This document shows, in pieces, positions 59,887-64,000 of a stretch of DNA of 64,000 nt. Position numbers and translations under genes: made by a program. The DNA comes from Candidatus Poseidoniaceae archaeon. Its GTDB lineage: Archaea; Thermoplasmatota; Poseidoniia; Poseidoniales; Poseidoniaceae. The notes under the pieces are model-generated. The model made no database searches, was not told the DNA's origin, and was given only the letters and a program-made list of their open reading frames with translations. The DNA lies in NCBI GenBank assembly GCA_965662895.1, contig CBFIJH010000005.1, forward strand, positions 1-64,000. The letters run 5' to 3'. Every line of letters begins with the position of its first letter. The first letter of the stretch is position 1.

Positions 59887-60359
59887 TGATGGATGCAAAG
59901 CGTATTTTTCAACCAAAAATATGGCTACTCGTATTCGCTTTGGTCCATACTCTTGGGATGAGTGCTGATCTTCTACCGGTCCTAACGGATGACGAAGCTG
60001 CAGGTACACACTTAGGTAACACCGTCAATGAATCGCTTGCCGATGATGAAAGTGCAATCGAGGCTTATCAAGGTGGCATGTCACAGGTGTATGGTATCGG
60101 ATTGTCATGGACCATCATCATGGTTGGTGGTGCCTTCTGGACACGTGGGAAATCACAGGCCCAACTGAGCGTATTGTTCGGTGGTGGACTTTTTGTGACC
60201 GGCTTAACCTTGGGCATTATGGGTTCGATGGTCGGTGACGGCTTCGACGCGTTTGCCTTTGTCATGACTACGCTCTTTGCGGCTCCGATCATCGCGAGTG
60301 GTGTTCTTCATCTTGAAGATGAGGCCGAAGAACCGTCCGCATCTCACGTTGATGCTTGA
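59883..60359 (+). CDS. four-TM hypothetical protein (paralog C)
   Basis: MDAKRIFQPKIW start; ATGA overlap. Confidence 0.8.
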   Translation: MMMDAKRIFQPKIWLLVFALVHTLGMSADLLPVLTDDEAAGTHLGNTVNESLADDESAIEAYQGGMSQVYGIGLSWTIIMVGGAFWTRGKSQAQLSVLFGGGLFVTGLTLGIMGSMVGDGFDAFAFVMTTLFAAPIIASGVLHLEDEAEEPSASHVDA

Positions 60360-60376
60360 ACGAGTCTTGAACTCGA

Positions 60377-61606
60377 TCAACTGATTTTGAGTTCGAGAAA
60401 GCCAAATCCGCCGTTGTCGACCGCCACCACGAGGTTGCCGTCTTTGTTGACACAGATGTCTTCACCGGCCCAATCTCCGCCTTCAGGTCCGTAGGTGGCT
60501 TCCCATTCCAACATACCTGTAGAATCATACTTCAGCACGTAGACCCGCCATGCATCGGAACATTCCTCACCGTCGCATTTCGAGTAGCGCCAATATTCGT
60601 CACCCGTGCCCGCTACCACGACAACGCCACCATCCTCGAGCGCTTGCAAGCCCCAGACTTCGTCGTGAATGTATCGAGCATCAAAGCCTCGAGGGTTGCC
60701 GTTGGTAGCCTCCCAAAGCACCTCTCCTTGGGTATTCACTTTCACGGTATAGGTGTCCCAGTTTTCAGTTCCTGAAAGCGTGTGTCCGGAGAGATACATC
60801 AAGCCCTCAGAGGTCATGCCGAACGCAAAGTTGTGATCGGGCTCGCTGCCACCGTAGGTTTTGGCCCACTTCACTTCGCCCGTTATGTCTGCTCTCAGGA
60901 GGGCATAATCCTCAGCGCCTTCGGTTAGCCCGGACACGTACAGGTCTCCCTCATACATGGCAATACGATAAGCTTGAGCCATGTGGACTTGGAGTGATTT
61001 ATCTGAAATTTGTTCGCCTGATGGTCCAAAGACCATCATGTGCCCTCGTCCTTCGGTGAAGAAGGTGTTCTCGTCGTCCTCCGCATTGGTGTAGCCAACA
61101 GCAACAAAGCCACTTGGAACCGCCACCAGGTGTTCAAGAGCATCGCTGCCTCCGTAATTGTAGGTCTTTAACCAAAAGCTCTCACCCGTGGTTTTGTTAA
61201 GTTTCATGATGCTACTGTCCTCGCCCAACGCGCCGACAACAACGTAGCCGTCCGCAACCTCAATGGCGCTGTTGCCCAAATTGTGGCCTTTCGTACCGAA
61301 TTCTTTCTTCCATTCAAGAACCCCTGTGGCATTCACCTTGACGACGAGAAGCTTTGCTCCGTTTGGGATGAAACCAGTCTCGCCGATTTGCAAGTAACCC
61401 CCGTCCTCACAAGCGAGAATGAAGTGGCCATGCGATTCTTCCTGCGAGCCACCGTAGGAAGTCATCCAACCAACCTCCGGTACGGTGCCGCTGTGTTCGT
61501 TTGAGGCGACAAGAAGGGGACCATCGCCTTCACCTTCTCCGAAGCATCCAGCGATTGAGGATATGAGCAGCACCAAACAGAATAAGGCAAAGCTACGATG
61601 ATGCAT
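60377..61606 (-). CDS. beta-propeller-like lipoprotein
   Basis: IAGC lipobox; repeated W.K/T.(Y/F)GG...DGG units; start probably ATG 61606 or 61615. Confidence 0.8.
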   Translation of the reverse strand: MHHRSFALFCLVLLISSIAGCFGEGEGDGPLLVASNEHSGTVPEVGWMTSYGGSQEESHGHFILACEDGGYLQIGETGFIPNGAKLLVVKVNATGVLEWKKEFGTKGHNLGNSAIEVADGYVVVGALGEDSSIMKLNKTTGESFWLKTYNYGGSDALEHLVAVPSGFVAVGYTNAEDDENTFFTEGRGHMMVFGPSGEQISDKSLQVHMAQAYRIAMYEGDLYVSGLTEGAEDYALLRADITGEVKWAKTYGGSEPDHNFAFGMTSEGLMYLSGHTLSGTENWDTYTVKVNTQGEVLWEATNGNPRGFDARYIHDEVWGLQALEDGGVVVVAGTGDEYWRYSKCDGEECSDAWRVYVLKYDSTGMLEWEATYGPEGGDWAGEDICVNKDGNLVVAVDNGGFGFLELKIS

Positions 61607-61704
61607 GGATTTCATCCGTCTCTGCTCCTTCATGAATCCATTGGGTCGAGGGTGTTCTTTGGGCGATGGAGAATCTCGCTCTGTTCGACTATGCGAATCA
61701 TGAT

Positions 61705-62067
61705 TCAGGCAGCCTTGACTCCTTGCGGCCAGAGTACGAGGATGAGCGTCTTTCCACGCGTCTTTGGCGTGTGGGTTGATTCTGGGTCCATCCAAACAAT
61801 GGATCCAGTTGGATAAGTCCCATCTTCATCCCAGACTTCACCTTCAAGGACGACGTAGCATTCGCCACCAGGGTGGCTGTGAGGCATGAACGCATCCACT
61901 TCGACTTCAGATTGTGCTTCATAGAGAACCAGAGATGTTTTCTCTTCACGCTTGAGTTTGCCCAAGCGTACACCGGTTCCAAAATCCTTCCAGGAGATGT
62001 TCTCTTTGAGCCAATCCTCGTCAATGTTGAAACTGAGCCAATCGGCCATGTCGTGTGTGAAGACCAT
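61705..62067 (-). CDS. ChrR-like cupin domain protein
   Basis: PHSHPGGECYVVLEGE...DEDGTYPTG...STHTP. Confidence 0.85.
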   Translation of the reverse strand: MVFTHDMADWLSFNIDEDWLKENISWKDFGTGVRLGKLKREEKTSLVLYEAQSEVEVDAFMPHSHPGGECYVVLEGEVWDEDGTYPTGSIVWMDPESTHTPKTRGKTLILVLWPQGVKAA

Positions 62068-62120
62068 GTCCGTCCCAACGACAACGGTTTGATGAGGTGT
62101 TCGGTTTCGTGGTTTGCAAA

Positions 62121-62651
62121 CTATTGTGCCGTTTCCCACAAATCAAGAACTTCTTGCGGTTCTTCCAGCATACCGACCTTTGTCGCAGTGATGTAACCTT
62201 CAGCATTGACGAACATCACTGTGCCTGGAGAAGTGATGTCAAGTTCGAGCCCTGGTTCAACACCTTTCATGAACGCATAGGTTGTGAGTGTGACGCCTGT
62301 ATCGCCAGATTCGTCATCGAAGGCGTTGGCTGATTCATGCCAATCTTGGAGTGTAATGCCGCTGGCGTTTTCAGCAGGATCTGTGGACATGACAAGTACA
62401 GGAAGTTCAGGAAGCGCTTCCCAAATTGTGAACATCGATGTGTGACATGGGTTGTTGCACCACTCTGCTGAGAACATGACAATATATGGAGAACCCGCCA
62501 TCTTTGCTTTGTTGTAGGTTTCATTGTCGTCTGCAACACTTGAAAATTGAGGGAAGACCTTCAGTTCTTCAGTTTCTTCGGATGTACATCCAGCAAAGCC
62601 TGTTGAAATCAACAGCAGTACGACCAAAATGGTGAGGTTTGATTTCATCAT
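62121..62651 (-). CDS. thioredoxin-fold (redoxin/SCO-like) lipoprotein
   Basis: FAGC lipobox; FSAEWCNNPC; PGTVMFVNAEG. Confidence 0.75.
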   Translation of the reverse strand: MMKSNLTILVVLLLISTGFAGCTSEETEELKVFPQFSSVADDNETYNKAKMAGSPYIVMFSAEWCNNPCHTSMFTIWEALPELPVLVMSTDPAENASGITLQDWHESANAFDDESGDTGVTLTTYAFMKGVEPGLELDITSPGTVMFVNAEGYITATKVGMLEEPQEVLDLWETAQ

Positions 62652-62735
62652 GTATCCTTCTCCGTCCGGTGCTATTGAAATGTTTTCCCTATAGGTTTCG
62701 CAAAAACCCAAATACGGCAGGCCATATCCTGAGGC

Positions 62736-63809
62736 ATGAAACATCGGGTGCTGCTGGTTGGTCTCGTTGTTTTCTGCCTGGTTCAACCCATGGCCCATGC
62801 TGAAGATTCGTCCTACGAATGTACCGCAGGCGACTCGACCGAAGACCGAGTTGGTTGCCTCGACTCGGATGGAGATGGTTGGTCCGATCCAGATTCAAAC
62901 TGGAACGAATCGATGGGTGCCGATGCGTTTCCAAACAATGCTTCTGAGCATCGAGATCTTGACGGAGACGGTCTAGGTGATGGCATCGATTCAGACATGG
63001 ACGGCGATGGCTCCAACGATGATGTAGATTTGTGGCCAGAAGATGCAGGCATTTGGTCAGATTCCGACGGAGATGGATACGCAGATCAAGGCTTGCATTC
63101 ACTTTCTGACAATTGTCCATTCATCTATGGAAAGAGCAAGATTCGTCTTATTGGGTGCTCCGACATTGATGGAGATTTCATGCCGGATGAATACGATGAT
63201 GATGCAGACGGTGATGGAATTCGAAATGAAATGGAACGTGCAGCATCCTCGGGAACAATCCTCTACGACCCCTACAATGCAGAATCAACCCCTCTCGATA
63301 CGGACCGAGATACACTTCCCGATGTCCTCGATGATGACAACGATAACGATGGCTGGCCGGATGATGTCGAACTCGATCGTGGTTCTGGTATCTATGATGC
63401 TGATTCAACTCCGTTCAACATGTACATGGGGGTGGAGACAGGATTCTTTTATCGCGGCGGTTTGAATGCAGACTCATTCACGAGCGAATACGATCCTGAG
63501 AGTTTCGAAATCTCTCTGTCTGCACTAAGTGAAATTGTGTTTGAGGAATTGGTGATACCTCTTCTTCTTGTTCCGATTTATTTTGCTGTCTTTTTCGCTC
63601 GACGTGGTGAATTCCGAAATTGTCTGAAGAAAATTGAGTCCGCTTCGACATCCAATGAACTCATTGAACTTGAGAAAATTGTCAATTCGATGGTAAAGGA
63701 AAAGAGAATCAAGGTTTATCATGGGCTTGTTTTGAGAAATGCATTGGAAGAAAAGGAATCCGAGTTTGGCTCTGAACCTCAATATGAAGCCAAATCAGAG
63801 GAAGAATAA
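62736..63809 (+). CDS. thrombospondin type-3 repeat (Ca-binding) membrane protein
   Basis: many DxDxDG repeats, DAFP, DNCP; signal peptide; C-terminal TM and helical tail. Confidence 0.85.
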   Translation: MKHRVLLVGLVVFCLVQPMAHAEDSSYECTAGDSTEDRVGCLDSDGDGWSDPDSNWNESMGADAFPNNASEHRDLDGDGLGDGIDSDMDGDGSNDDVDLWPEDAGIWSDSDGDGYADQGLHSLSDNCPFIYGKSKIRLIGCSDIDGDFMPDEYDDDADGDGIRNEMERAASSGTILYDPYNAESTPLDTDRDTLPDVLDDDNDNDGWPDDVELDRGSGIYDADSTPFNMYMGVETGFFYRGGLNADSFTSEYDPESFEISLSALSEIVFEELVIPLLLVPIYFAVFFARRGEFRNCLKKIESASTSNELIELEKIVNSMVKEKRIKVYHGLVLRNALEEKESEFGSEPQYEAKSEEE

Positions 63810-63813
63810 TCCT

Positions 63814-63999
63814 TCATATCCAAACATCGTTGGATGCGGTGAGATTGCTTTCAGCATCTCCAGTGTTGACAACACCTCGAGGTTCAATCAGCATAATTTT
63901 GCATTCTGCTTTTGCATAAGGGCGATGTCGTACACCCTTTGGAACAACGTACATTTCACCAGCATTCAACTCCATTGTTTCGGACTCAAATTCAATGAA
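63814..63999 (-). CDS. C-terminal part of a cupin-domain protein (truncated by window end)
   Basis: translated by eye: ...LNAGEMYVVPKGVRHRPYA..ECKIMLIEPRGVVNTGD...VWI*. Confidence 0.8.
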   Translation of the reverse strand, partial: FIEFESETMELNAGEMYVVPKGVRHRPYAKAECKIMLIEPRGVVNTGDAESNLTASNDVWI

Positions 64000-64000
64000 C

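Noticed and set aside
62850-63370. GATGG/GACGG-rich DNA repeats
   Set aside because: Explained by DxDxDG thrombospondin-type protein repeats
3505-63782. Numerous antisense or alternative-frame ORFs in the track (e.g. 3505-3996, 24559-25290, 29446-30183, 35184-35762)
   Set aside because: They are shadows of well-supported genes and carry no recognisable motifs

Overview
Gene-dense archaeal window. The gene set points to a Thermoplasmatota, most likely a Marine Group II / Ca. Poseidoniales euryarchaeote (inference): rpl15e, aIF-1A-RIO1-Dim2, rps2, taw1, an 11-subunit complex I, AlkB and many CARDB/PKD/TSP3 surface proteins. It holds a small AT-rich accessory patch (~260-1820), translation/RNA genes, a 15-kb cluster of very large surface proteins including a subtilisin, and a nuoABCDHIJJKLMN operon lacking nuoEFG. 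It also holds three HTH regulators divergent from a beta-oxidation fusion gene, a MacB/FtsX-type ABC system and a variable membrane/lipoprotein region. No rRNA, tRNA, CRISPR array or transposase was seen. Highlights: (1) a solo Cas4-like Fe-S nuclease split by a four-helix membrane insert; (2) a coupled E1(ThiF)-JAB-small-protein operon with no ubiquitin-like or E2 gene; (3) an unannotated box C/D guide RNA predicted to methylate C34 of intron-containing pre-tRNA-Met; (4) two unannotated paralogous micro-peptides behind a twin TGTA-TACA operator upstream of alkB; (5) a Tudor-like insert in NuoI; (6) a giant protein with a recurring xLPxx beta motif; (7) a non-canonical TTCAA-type promoter box exactly 24 nt before many starts. 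All protein calls come from reading motifs by eye; no searches were run.
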